A DNA stretch of 64,000 bases from Anaerohalosphaeraceae bacterium (GTDB lineage Bacteria > Planctomycetota > Phycisphaerae > Sedimentisphaerales > Anaerohalosphaeraceae): contig JBNRMN010000067.1 in assembly GCA_050309605.1 (NCBI GenBank), forward strand, positions 1 to 64,000. The letters are read 5' to 3'. Position numbers and translations under genes: made by a program. Shown in pieces: positions 39,296 to 48,052 of this stretch. Position 1 is the first letter of the stretch. The number at the start of each line of letters is the position of its first letter. The notes under the pieces were generated by a model. It was not told the origin of the DNA. It was given only the letters and a program-made list of their open reading frames with translations, and did no database searches.

Positions 39296-39325
39296 AAAAA
39301 GCCGACCTTTTGGGGTCGGTTTTTT
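39296..39325. terminator. Bidirectional intrinsic terminator
   Basis: AAAAAGCCGACC-ttttgg-GGTCGGTTTTTT between convergent genes. Confidence 0.8.
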
Positions 39326-39349
39326 GGGGGCGTTGTGTGCTTTGGGCTG

Positions 39350-39871
39350 CTACCAGTTGGCAGGGTAGCGGATCTGGCGAGGGCCGATATTAAACGTTCG
39401 GCTCAGGCTTTCGACCAGATCATTGGTGCGCTGCACTTGACTGTTGGTCAGGGTGTTTCGTTCCTTGCCGATGACGCAGATGCGGATTGTACCGTCCTGC
39501 TTGGCCGTGAGTTGCTGGCTCCACTGCGACGAGGTCTGGATGCGTCCGTCCTCGGCGCCGTTGCCGTTGCAAATCAGAAAATGAAACTGCTCGGCCCGAC
39601 CGTCGGCCAGACTCATCAAAAGAGGCAGTTCTTCCGCGTTGCCCGCCGCCGTCCGGCTGTAAAAAATCTCAACGCCGTTCCAATGGACGGGCGTCGTGTG
39701 CAGGGTATTTTTGACGACCTGTTCGACAGGGTCCAGACGCAGATAACTGGACAGGCTGTACGCCCCGGCGCCAGGCGCATAATTATCCAGCGCCATCAAG
39801 ATCATCGCACCCCCGGTCATCGCCGCCAACAGGGCGAACAACACCGCTACCGTGCGATTTTGACCTGCCAT
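39350..39871 (-). CDS. Amidase_2/PGRP-like protein, membrane-anchored, apparently non-catalytic
   Basis: FHFLICNGNGAEDGRIQ...W..Q, IRICVIG, SQ...L...L...FNI; Zn ligands absent. Confidence 0.7.
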   Translation of the reverse strand: MAGQNRTVAVLFALLAAMTGGAMILMALDNYAPGAGAYSLSSYLRLDPVEQVVKNTLHTTPVHWNGVEIFYSRTAAGNAEELPLLMSLADGRAEQFHFLICNGNGAEDGRIQTSSQWSQQLTAKQDGTIRICVIGKERNTLTNSQVQRTNDLVESLSRTFNIGPRQIRYPANW

Positions 39872-40238
39872 TATCTTCCCTGACGTTTCGGCCAACCTGC
39901 TCTGCCTTTGCGCTTTGTTATAGATGCATTCCATTACGTCGATTATAGCATTTTCATCGGCCATTTGCATCCATTTTATTCACCATTTTTTGTGCTTTTC
40001 CTCATTGTCTGTGTAAATTCTACATTATTTTTCGGTAGATGGGCGTTATGGCTTTGTCCAAACAAGCGCAATCTTGAAATTTTTGAAAAATTTTTTGGCT
40101 TCAACGGTGGGTTTGTATCGATAAAAAGACGTATAGGCAAAAAACGCCGATAGACGATTTAACCGATTTATAAACTTGACGACGAAACGAAAACCTGCGA
40201 TAACAGTCGTATCGAAAACGCAGAGCCAAGGAGATGTT

Positions 40239-40949
40239 ATGTCAGAGATAGATGTCATACGCCAAATCGCTCAGCAGGTGCTGTCGGTTCCTACGCTGGC
40301 GGGGATCAAAGACAACTGGTTATGGGACCGCACGCTGCGGATTCTGCGCAACGTCGAGCATATCTGCCGAATGCCCGAATTGACGGAAAAAGATGTGCAG
40401 GTGGACCGGTTCTGCCTGATCGCGGCGACGTATTTTGCCGATTCGGGCTTTGCCCATTACGCCGATGTGGAGGATATGTCGGCGCGGCTGGTGCTGGCCG
40501 ACATCAGCCAGACGGACTTGCGGGATTTTTCCACGCAGGTGGTCACCGACAAGCTCTCCGGGGCGCTGGCCGGCCCAAGGATCGATAAAATCAACAAAAT
40601 CATCGTCGAATCGAGCAATCGCTTTACGGAGATGACCGAGGCGATGATTCTCTCGGATGCGCGCAACCTCGACGACATGGGGGCGGTCGGCCTGTTCAAC
40701 GAGTTTCGCCGCTATGTCATCCACGGCAAGGGCGTCTCGGATGTCCTCGAAAGCTGGCGACGCAAGGTCGATTACCGCTACTGGCAGGCCCGGCTCAAGG
40801 AAAGCTATCGCTTTGAGTCCGTCAGGACGTTGGCCGAGCGGCGATTTGGCGCAACCGAATTTTTTATGAATCAGCTGGATGTCGAACACGCCGCACGCGA
40901 CCTCGAAGAACTCCTGCTCGAATCACTGGATAAATCCGGCTCAAAATAA
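40239..40949 (+). CDS. Degenerate HD-domain-like protein
   Basis: EAMILSDARNLDDMGAVG and A.RR tail as in HD hydrolases, but no HD motif. AGGAG RBS. Confidence 0.65.
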   Translation: MSEIDVIRQIAQQVLSVPTLAGIKDNWLWDRTLRILRNVEHICRMPELTEKDVQVDRFCLIAATYFADSGFAHYADVEDMSARLVLADISQTDLRDFSTQVVTDKLSGALAGPRIDKINKIIVESSNRFTEMTEAMILSDARNLDDMGAVGLFNEFRRYVIHGKGVSDVLESWRRKVDYRYWQARLKESYRFESVRTLAERRFGATEFFMNQLDVEHAARDLEELLLESLDKSGSK

Positions 40950-40962
40950 AAATTCAGACATT

Positions 40963-41484
40963 ATGAAATACAATCCCATTACGGCGATATTTCCGGGGTC
41001 GTTTGACCCGATTACCAACGGCCATTTGGACGTGATTCGCCGCGGCAACAAGCTGTTTAGCCATCTGATTGTGGCGGTGGGGCAGAATCCGGACAAAGAA
41101 GAACTGTTTACCAAAGACGAACGGGTCGCGATGATTCGCGAACTGGTGGCCGATATGCCGCGGGTCTCGGTGGAAAGCTACGACTGCCTGACGGTGGAAT
41201 TTGCCGCCCGCAAGCACGCCAACGTGATGCTTCGCGGCCTGCGGAACCTGACGGATGTGGAGTATGAGTTTCAGTTGGCCATGACCAACCGCACCGTTGC
41301 GGGCATCGAGACGGTGTTTGTGATGACCAGCGAGGAGTACGGCTACGTCAATTCCACCATGGTGCGTCAACTGGCCCTGCTCGGCGGCGATGTCAGCAAA
41401 CTCATCCCGCCGACGGTCTTTGCCCGCCTCAAAGAGAAAGTCAGACAGAACAACCCGCGGCTCAAGCCCGACGTGCCGGAATGA
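40963..41484 (+). CDS. coaD: Phosphopantetheine adenylyltransferase
   Basis: FPGSFDPITNGHLDVI, RGLR..TD.EYE. Confidence 0.97.
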   Translation: MKYNPITAIFPGSFDPITNGHLDVIRRGNKLFSHLIVAVGQNPDKEELFTKDERVAMIRELVADMPRVSVESYDCLTVEFAARKHANVMLRGLRNLTDVEYEFQLAMTNRTVAGIETVFVMTSEEYGYVNSTMVRQLALLGGDVSKLIPPTVFARLKEKVRQNNPRLKPDVPE

Positions 41485-41487
41485 AGA

Positions 41488-41541
41488 GAATTTAGAATGT
41501 AGAATGTAGAATTATTAATTCAAAATTATCAATTCATAATT
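41488..41541 (+). repeat. Intergenic heptamer repeats (TAGAATG-type)
   Basis: tttagaa tgtagaa tgtagaa, followed by aattcaa/aattatc/aattcat units. Confidence 0.65.
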
Positions 41542-41544
41542 ACC

Positions 41545-41916
41545 TTGTATTGGATCTTTGTCGAGACTGATTTTGAGGCGTCGCATCGGCTGGCATTTGC
41601 CGACGGCACGCAGGAGGATTTGCATTCGCATCGCTGGTACGTGATTGCGGCGGTGGGGGCGGCGAGCCTGAACGCTCAGGGACTGGTGATGGATTTTCTG
41701 GAGCTAAAACAACTTCTTGACGAGGTCGTCGAGCCGTTATCCGGTCAAAAGCTTGAAACCCTGCCGTGGTTCAGCGAAACCAACGCCTCAGCCGAGGCGG
41801 TCGCGCGCAGCCTGTTCGGGGCGCTGGCCGGACGGATTCGCCCGCCGGCGCGATTGGGCTATATCGAGGTCACCGAGGCGCCCGGCTGTCGGGCGCGCTT
41901 CCAGCCCGATACGTAA
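41545..41916 (+). CDS. queD: 6-carboxytetrahydropterin synthase (QueD/PTPS family)
   Basis: FEASHRL, LHSHRW, GLVMDF, N.SAEAVA, VTE; TTG start. Confidence 0.8.
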   Translation: MYWIFVETDFEASHRLAFADGTQEDLHSHRWYVIAAVGAASLNAQGLVMDFLELKQLLDEVVEPLSGQKLETLPWFSETNASAEAVARSLFGALAGRIRPPARLGYIEVTEAPGCRARFQPDT

Positions 41917-42038
41917 CGTATTGAAATACTTCCATTTAGCCATTTATTCACAAGGCCGCGGGCATTTTTTGTCGATATTCTTTGCGGATCGTATATAATA
42001 TAAGACGAACGTTGAATTTGACCGAGGATTATCATTTT

Positions 42039-42542
42039 ATGCTGTGTCAGGCATGTAAAGAACGAACGGCCACGATTCATTTGACCGAAATCAGCAACGG
42101 CCAGCGAGCCGAGACGCATTTGTGTCAGCAATGCGCCCAGCAGCAGGGATTGGCGGTCAAGGCGCAGATTCCGCTCAATGAGCTGCTCAGTACCCTGCTG
42201 AGCGTCCAGCCGGAGACCGCCGAGCCGAGCGGCAAGACAGAACCGAAGATTCCGGCAAAAACTTGTCCCGAATGTGGGATGTCGCTCAAGCGGTTCGCCA
42301 AAGAAAGCCTGCTGGGCTGCCCTTATGATTATAAGGTCTTCGAAAAAGAGCTGTTGGGGCTGATCGAGCGCAGCCATAACGGCAAAAGCCGGCATTGCGG
42401 CAAGATTCCGAACCGCATCCCGGCCGAACAGAAAAAAGACATCGTCTTGCGGCAGTTGCGGCGACAACTGGACGAAGCGGTCAAGAACGAAGATTATGAA
42501 CGGGCCGCCCGGTTGCGGGATGAAATCAAGATAAACGAATGA
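42039..42542 (+). CDS. mcsA: Protein-arginine kinase activator McsA
   Basis: CQAC..ATIHLT, LCQQCA, CPECG, LGCPYDY, H.GKIP, UVR motif EDYERAARLRDEI. Confidence 0.93.
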   Translation: MLCQACKERTATIHLTEISNGQRAETHLCQQCAQQQGLAVKAQIPLNELLSTLLSVQPETAEPSGKTEPKIPAKTCPECGMSLKRFAKESLLGCPYDYKVFEKELLGLIERSHNGKSRHCGKIPNRIPAEQKKDIVLRQLRRQLDEAVKNEDYERAARLRDEIKINE

Positions 42543-42576
42543 ATAGCCTTTTCTTTTTCGGGTGCAGAACCAGACT

Positions 42577-43635
42577 ATGAAACCGGCGGATTTGTGCAAG
42601 ACCTCCAGCGCCTGGTTCGGCCAGGGGCGGGGATTGTTTTCCGATGTGGTCATCTCATCGCGCATTCGGCTTGCGCGCAATGCCGCTGGGTTTACGTTTT
42701 TGCCGTGCCTGTCGCCCGAACAGCAGCAGGCCGTGCTTGAGATGTTCAAGGCCGCGCTGCTGGGTCTGGATGTGGACGGCGAAACCTTCTTTATGGATGT
42801 GGATCAGGCCTCGCCGGTGGAGCGTGAACTGCTGACCGAACGCCATCTGATTAGTCGGCGCCTGGCCCAGGGCGGCGGGCCGCGCGGCGTTGTCATTGCC
42901 GGCGGCGAGGCGTTTGCGGCGATGATTAACGAAGAAGACCACCTGCGGATGCAGGTGTTGGCTGCCGGGCTGGATCTGTATTCCTGCTGGGAGCGCATCG
43001 ACCGCATTGACGACCGGGTTGAACAGCAGGTTGAATATGCCTTTGATCGGCGGTACGGCTATCTGACGGCTTGTCCGACCAATCTGGGCACGGGTATTCG
43101 CGTTTCGGTGATGCTGCATCTGCCGGCCCTGAAAATGACCGGTCAAATCGACAAGGTCCTGGCTGCGGCGCGCGACAGCGACCTGGCGGTGCGCGGCCTG
43201 TTCGGCGAAGGCACTGACGCGGTCGGCGATTTGTTCCAACTGTCCAATCAGGTCACGCTCGGCGTCAGCGAAGCCCAGGTGGTGGAGGATTTCGTCAGCC
43301 GCATCGTGCCCAAAATCGCCGCCTACGAACAGGAGGCCCGCAAAACGCTGCTGGCCAAACGTCCCCAGTCGCTGGATGACAAGATTCAGCGGGCGCTGGG
43401 CGTCTTGCAAAACGCCTGTCTGATCAGTTCGCAGGAGGCGCTCTTTTTGCTGAGCAACGTCCGGCTCGGCGTCAATCTCGGACGCATCGAAAAGGTGGAC
43501 ATCGCCACGGTCAATGACCTGTTTATGCTCACGCAGCCGGCCCATTTACAGCTTCGCGCCGGCCGCATGCTCGACGCCGAACAACGCGACAGCCTTCGCG
43601 CGCAAATACTCCGCAGCCGTCTGTGTACCAACTGA
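42577..43635 (+). CDS. mcsB: Protein arginine kinase McsB
   Basis: SSRIRLARN, ERHLIS, INEEDHLR, YLTACPTNLGTG, QLSNQVTLG. Confidence 0.96.
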   Translation: MKPADLCKTSSAWFGQGRGLFSDVVISSRIRLARNAAGFTFLPCLSPEQQQAVLEMFKAALLGLDVDGETFFMDVDQASPVERELLTERHLISRRLAQGGGPRGVVIAGGEAFAAMINEEDHLRMQVLAAGLDLYSCWERIDRIDDRVEQQVEYAFDRRYGYLTACPTNLGTGIRVSVMLHLPALKMTGQIDKVLAAARDSDLAVRGLFGEGTDAVGDLFQLSNQVTLGVSEAQVVEDFVSRIVPKIAAYEQEARKTLLAKRPQSLDDKIQRALGVLQNACLISSQEALFLLSNVRLGVNLGRIEKVDIATVNDLFMLTQPAHLQLRAGRMLDAEQRDSLRAQILRSRLCTN

Positions 43636-43639
43636 GCCT

Positions 43640-44674
43640 ATGCAGAAAACGTCCGATTCTCGTACGCCCAAAGCGGTGGACTGGACGCAGCTTGCCGACA
43701 AGGAGCTGTTGTCGATGCGCGTGCGCGACCTGCACATCAGCATTACCGGCTCAGTACTGGAAGGACGAATCGAGCGGCTGTATGCGGAACTGGCCGAGCG
43801 GGGCATTCGCTTTCGTCCGCCGTGCTATCTGGCCGATGAGTGGCTCTGTCCGGACAAAATGCCGATGATCGGCATTCCGTTTTGCCTGGCCCATCCGCGG
43901 CTGATTGAACTGGAACAGAAGATGATGCTGGAAGTCGAAGGCAGCGACGAAGAAATCTGTATGAAGCTGCTGCGGCACGAATGCGGCCACGCGATCAACT
44001 ATGCCTATGAACTGTTCAAACGTACCCGCTGGCGGGAATTGTTTGGGCCGTTCAGTGCGCCGTACGGCAATACATACAGTTTTCAGCCCTATTCGCGACG
44101 TTATGTGATTCATCTGTCCGACCATTACGCCCAGTCGCATCCCGATGAGGATTTTGCCGAGACGTTTGCGGTCTGGCTGAATCCGCACAATAACTGGCGG
44201 GACAAATACCGCGACTGGCCGGTGCTGAAAAAACTGCTGTATGTCGATTCATTGATGTGCAAAATCACCGCCGTCGAGCCGGTCGTCAGGCCCGACCTCA
44301 ATCCACCCTGGTCGGCCGGCCGAATGACCTCGACGCTGCAGGCCTATTACGAGCGCAAACGCAAGGCGCTGGGGGCGGATTTTTACGGCTATTATGACAA
44401 TTGCCTTCGTCGGCTGTTCAAGTCCGAAAAGCACAGCCCATCCGATATGCCGGCCGCTCAGTTGCTGCGCAGCCATCGGCGTCTGCTGGTCAGCCAGGCG
44501 GCCCAATGGACCGAACATCGCAAGTATGACATCAATCAGCTTCTGGGGCGCCTGATTGACCGCTGCGAACAGCTCGGCCTTTATGGACGACAGACCGATC
44601 TGGTCGGCCTGACGGCGCTGATTACCGCCATCGCCGGAAAAACCTTCCGCCCCGACAGGAGAAAGAAAAGATAA
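43640..44674 (+). CDS. Putative zinc-binding metallopeptidase
   Basis: LRHECGH (HExxH), YAQSHPDEDFAETFAVWL. Confidence 0.88.
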   Translation: MQKTSDSRTPKAVDWTQLADKELLSMRVRDLHISITGSVLEGRIERLYAELAERGIRFRPPCYLADEWLCPDKMPMIGIPFCLAHPRLIELEQKMMLEVEGSDEEICMKLLRHECGHAINYAYELFKRTRWRELFGPFSAPYGNTYSFQPYSRRYVIHLSDHYAQSHPDEDFAETFAVWLNPHNNWRDKYRDWPVLKKLLYVDSLMCKITAVEPVVRPDLNPPWSAGRMTSTLQAYYERKRKALGADFYGYYDNCLRRLFKSEKHSPSDMPAAQLLRSHRRLLVSQAAQWTEHRKYDINQLLGRLIDRCEQLGLYGRQTDLVGLTALITAIAGKTFRPDRRKKR

Positions 44675-44676
44675 AG

Positions 44677-45696
44677 ATGAGGACGCATGCGTTGCATATT
44701 ACCGTGTTGGTGGACGGCGCCGAAATTTTTCCCGACGACCCCCAGTATGAAGGCGAACCGACTGAACCGACCACCGAGTACCATGTCGTTCAGTCGTTGC
44801 GGCATATCGGCCATACCGTGACCGTGCTGGGCGTCGATATGAACATTCCCGAAATTGTCCGGACGCTGGCTGACGACCCGCCGGATTTGGTGTTCAATCT
44901 GACCGAGCAGTACGCCGGCGATCGTGCGTTTGACAAAAACATCGCCGCGTGTCTGGAACTGCTGGAAATTCCGTTTACCGGCGCCGGAGCAATGGGACTG
45001 CTGCTCTGTCGCGACAAGCGGCTGTGCAAGCAGTTGCTCGGGCTTCACAAAATCCGCGTGCCGGCGTTTTTGTCGTTTCCGGTCGGTCGCCGCGTGCGGG
45101 TCTCCGGCAAGCTGCATTTTCCGATGGTTGTCAAACCCGCCCTGGAAGACGGCTCCGAGGGCATCTCCAATGCCTCGATTGTCTCGACCGCCGCGGCCCT
45201 GCGCGAGCGGGTGGAATTTGTTCATGCGCGATGGAATCAGCCGGCCATTGCCGAAGAATACATCCCCGGTCGAGAGTTGTACGTCGGCGTACTCGGCAAC
45301 CGTCGGCTCAGGGTCTTGCCGGTGCGCGAATGTCTGTTTGAAGACACGGACGGCCAGGGGCCGACGATGTTGACCTATCGGGCCAAATGGAATGACGACT
45401 ATCGCGAGAAGTGGAAGATCAATTTCGGGTTTGCCGACCTGGAGCCGGCACTTCAGGCCCGGATCGATAAAATCTGCAAAAAGGTCTATCGTGTGCTGCA
45501 TCTTCAGGATTACGGCCGCATTGATCTGCGTCTGCGTCCCGACGGCCGCGTCGTCGTGCTTGAGGCCAATCCCAACCCCGACATCGCCTACGGTGAAGAA
45601 GTCGCTGAGGCCGCCGAAAAAGTCGGTATGGACTATGAGTCGCTCTTGCAGCATATTGTTCGGCTGACGCTGCGCCGATTTTACAAAACCGGCTGA
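44677..45696 (+). CDS. D-Ala-D-Ala ligase-like ATP-grasp protein
   Basis: DLVFNL.E, IPFTG, DK, VVKP..EDGS.GI, EEYI.GRE, YGRIDLR, LEANPNP. Confidence 0.9.
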   Translation: MRTHALHITVLVDGAEIFPDDPQYEGEPTEPTTEYHVVQSLRHIGHTVTVLGVDMNIPEIVRTLADDPPDLVFNLTEQYAGDRAFDKNIAACLELLEIPFTGAGAMGLLLCRDKRLCKQLLGLHKIRVPAFLSFPVGRRVRVSGKLHFPMVVKPALEDGSEGISNASIVSTAAALRERVEFVHARWNQPAIAEEYIPGRELYVGVLGNRRLRVLPVRECLFEDTDGQGPTMLTYRAKWNDDYREKWKINFGFADLEPALQARIDKICKKVYRVLHLQDYGRIDLRLRPDGRVVVLEANPNPDIAYGEEVAEAAEKVGMDYESLLQHIVRLTLRRFYKTG

Positions 45697-45704
45697 TCGA
45701 GGAT

Positions 45705-46427
45705 TCATTCGGGTTTTCGTGCGGTCGTGAGGGTCACGATGCCGCCGGTCAAGGGCGTGGAGCGAATCTCGACAAAGCCCGCAGCGGCCAGTTCCTCTTC
45801 AAGACGCACGTGGGTGTGCCAGTGATGGATGGACCGGGCCAGATAGCGCAGCGGCTCGGCTTGCCCGACAATCACACGTCCCAGCAACGGCATCACCTGC
45901 GACACATACACCCAATACATGTTGCGCAGCAGGGGACGCGCCGGCAGTGAAAACTCGCAGATTCCCACCCGCCCGCCGGGTCTGAGCACCCGAATCATCT
46001 GGGCAAAGACCGCCGCCCGGTCGGGGATGTTCCGCAGGCCGAATGCGCACGTGGCCGCATCAAACGATGTAGCCTCACACCTCAGCACTGCCGCGTCGTC
46101 CACCCGCAGACGAAGCTCTTTGTCCTTCATCCATCGGCGCGGCGTCTTCAGCATCCGCTTTTCCTGGGCCAACTGGATCATCCGTTCGCTGCAATCAATC
46201 CCGACAACCTGACGCACCGGACTGTATTGAAGAAGTGCCAACGCCATATCCCCCGTCCCGCAGCACACATCCAGCGCTGCATCCCCGTCCCCGGTCTCAA
46301 CCGCCTGCGCCAGCCGCCTGCGCCACGACCGGTCAATCCCCAGACTGAACCACCGGTTGCACCGGTCATACCGTTCGGCGATCTTCGAAAACATCGCCTC
46401 GGTCGGCTGTGTCTTATGTTCACTCAA
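45705..46427 (-). CDS. menG: Demethylmenaquinone methyltransferase (UbiE/MenG)
   Basis: MFSKIAERYD..N...S.GID..WR, LDVCCGTGD, AFGLRN, RVLRPGG. Start taken at the TTG at 46427. Confidence 0.9.
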   Translation of the reverse strand: MSEHKTQPTEAMFSKIAERYDRCNRWFSLGIDRSWRRRLAQAVETGDGDAALDVCCGTGDMALALLQYSPVRQVVGIDCSERMIQLAQEKRMLKTPRRWMKDKELRLRVDDAAVLRCEATSFDAATCAFGLRNIPDRAAVFAQMIRVLRPGGRVGICEFSLPARPLLRNMYWVYVSQVMPLLGRVIVGQAEPLRYLARSIHHWHTHVRLEEELAAAGFVEIRSTPLTGGIVTLTTARKPE

Positions 46428-46432
46428 GGCAG

Positions 46433-46480
46433 CCTTTTTCCCTTTTCCCTTTGCCCTTTTCCCTTTGCCTTTTACCTTTT
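46433..46480. repeat. Intergenic heptamer repeats (CCTTTTN/CCTTTGC)
   Basis: Run of cctttt/cctttgc units between the CPBP gene and menG. Confidence 0.7.
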
Positions 46481-47100
46481 TAATGTATTGGCCACAGGAC
46501 AAAAATCATCACATCCCAGACGATATGCGAGACAATGCACGGCCACAATCGTTCCGTGGCCAAAAACAACAGCCCCCAGAATGCTCCGCCTATCGCCGCG
46601 GCGGCAATCAGCATCACATTAAACGACCACAGATGCACCCCCGCATAAATCGCCGTGCTGAGCACAAATCCGCACAGCAGGCCGTAGTGTCCGCACAGTC
46701 GCCGCTGAACAAAGCCGCGCCAGAAGATTTCCTCAGCCGGTGCAATGATCAGCGCCAGCAGCAGTGCAATCTGCCATAAATTCACCCCCTTGCGGATCGT
46801 ATAAATGGAATTGACCTGTCCGGCGGCAAACGGCAGCACCCGCGTTGAAATCCAGTGCCCTGCCCAAAAGACGACATACAGGACCGCCGCCGAGACCAGG
46901 CCGATAAGCACCGCCTCGCCGTCCGGGCGACCCAGCGAGGCCATCTGTCCCCGGCGATCCAGCACCATCGCCCCGACCGCCAGCAGCCCCGTCGTCAGGC
47001 ACATCATCGGCCAGAACGCAATCACCTCCTTTGTCCACGGACTGAACAGCACGAAAAAACCGCACGCCGCAAACACAACCATTACCCACAGCTTCGTCAT
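46480..47100 (-). CDS. CPBP intramembrane metalloprotease
   Basis: APAEEIFWRG, YAGVH, IVSHIVWD. Confidence 0.88.
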   Translation of the reverse strand: MTKLWVMVVFAACGFFVLFSPWTKEVIAFWPMMCLTTGLLAVGAMVLDRRGQMASLGRPDGEAVLIGLVSAAVLYVVFWAGHWISTRVLPFAAGQVNSIYTIRKGVNLWQIALLLALIIAPAEEIFWRGFVQRRLCGHYGLLCGFVLSTAIYAGVHLWSFNVMLIAAAAIGGAFWGLLFLATERLWPCIVSHIVWDVMIFVLWPIH

Positions 47101-48044
47101 ACAACAACTCCCAGCACGACCGACACAATCAGCAGCACGCCGAACAGCAGGTGGACTTGGGCCGATTGGACATCGAGTGCGGCCAGTGTGTGTGCGGTCG
47201 TCGGGTCGCTGCGCAGGGCGGTTCGAATGTTGCGCACTGCCGGCGGCAGCGATAAAAACGTCAACAGCGACCAAACCGGCAATAAATCCATCGCGATTAA
47301 AATTACAACCAGAATATAGGCCGAGATCACCAGCGCCGCATACTCCCATCGCGCAGCACGATGTCCCAGCAGACCGGCGGTGGTCCGGATCGCCGCGACC
47401 GAGTCATCGGCGATATCACGCAGGTTGTTGCCGCTCAAAATGGCCGCGACCAGACAGCCTACCGGCAGGGCAATCACCATCGCCTGCCACGACCAAACGG
47501 CCGTCAGCACCAAAAACGCCCCAACCGTCATCAGCGGCCCCATCAGCCAAAAGACGCACAGATCGCCCAATCCGATATATTTATAGGCCACCGGCAGGGC
47601 GGTATAGAAAAACCCGCCCGCCATGCCGACCAGTCCAAGGATCAGAATCGGCCAGCCGTGAATCGCGACAAAAACCAGCCCCACCGCCGCGGTAAGGGCA
47701 AACGCCGCCAGCCCGGCCAGCAGCACCGCACCCGGTCGCAGCAACCCGTCCACCAGCACCCGACTGGAGCCGTAAGTTTCGGGTCGATCCACCCCTTTGC
47801 GAAAGTCAAAATAGTCGCTGACCAGATTCGTTCCCGTGTGAATCAGCAGCGAGGCCAGCACCACCAGCGGGAACAATTCCCATCGCACCGCCGGCTCGAA
47901 TCGCAGCGCCAGCGCCGCGCCCAGAAACACCGGCACCATCGAGGCCGTAAACGCAAACGGTCGAACCGCCTGAACCCATATACGAAGTGATGATTGAGTT
48001 TCGATTGCAAAATGACAGGTCTTCATTGAGTATGATTTCCTCAT
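47097..48044 (-). CDS. menA: 1,4-dihydroxy-2-naphthoate prenyltransferase
   Basis: AVRP, NLVSDYFDFRKGVD, YKYIGLGD, NNLRDIADD. Confidence 0.92.
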   Translation of the reverse strand: MRKSYSMKTCHFAIETQSSLRIWVQAVRPFAFTASMVPVFLGAALALRFEPAVRWELFPLVVLASLLIHTGTNLVSDYFDFRKGVDRPETYGSSRVLVDGLLRPGAVLLAGLAAFALTAAVGLVFVAIHGWPILILGLVGMAGGFFYTALPVAYKYIGLGDLCVFWLMGPLMTVGAFLVLTAVWSWQAMVIALPVGCLVAAILSGNNLRDIADDSVAAIRTTAGLLGHRAARWEYAALVISAYILVVILIAMDLLPVWSLLTFLSLPPAVRNIRTALRSDPTTAHTLAALDVQSAQVHLLFGVLLIVSVVLGVVV

Positions 48045-48052
48045 TCTGAATT

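Noticed and set aside
46428..46502. Lys-rich N-terminal extension of MenG (KVKGKGKRAKGKGKK)
   Set aside because: An artefact of reading through an intergenic heptamer repeat; the real start is downstream.
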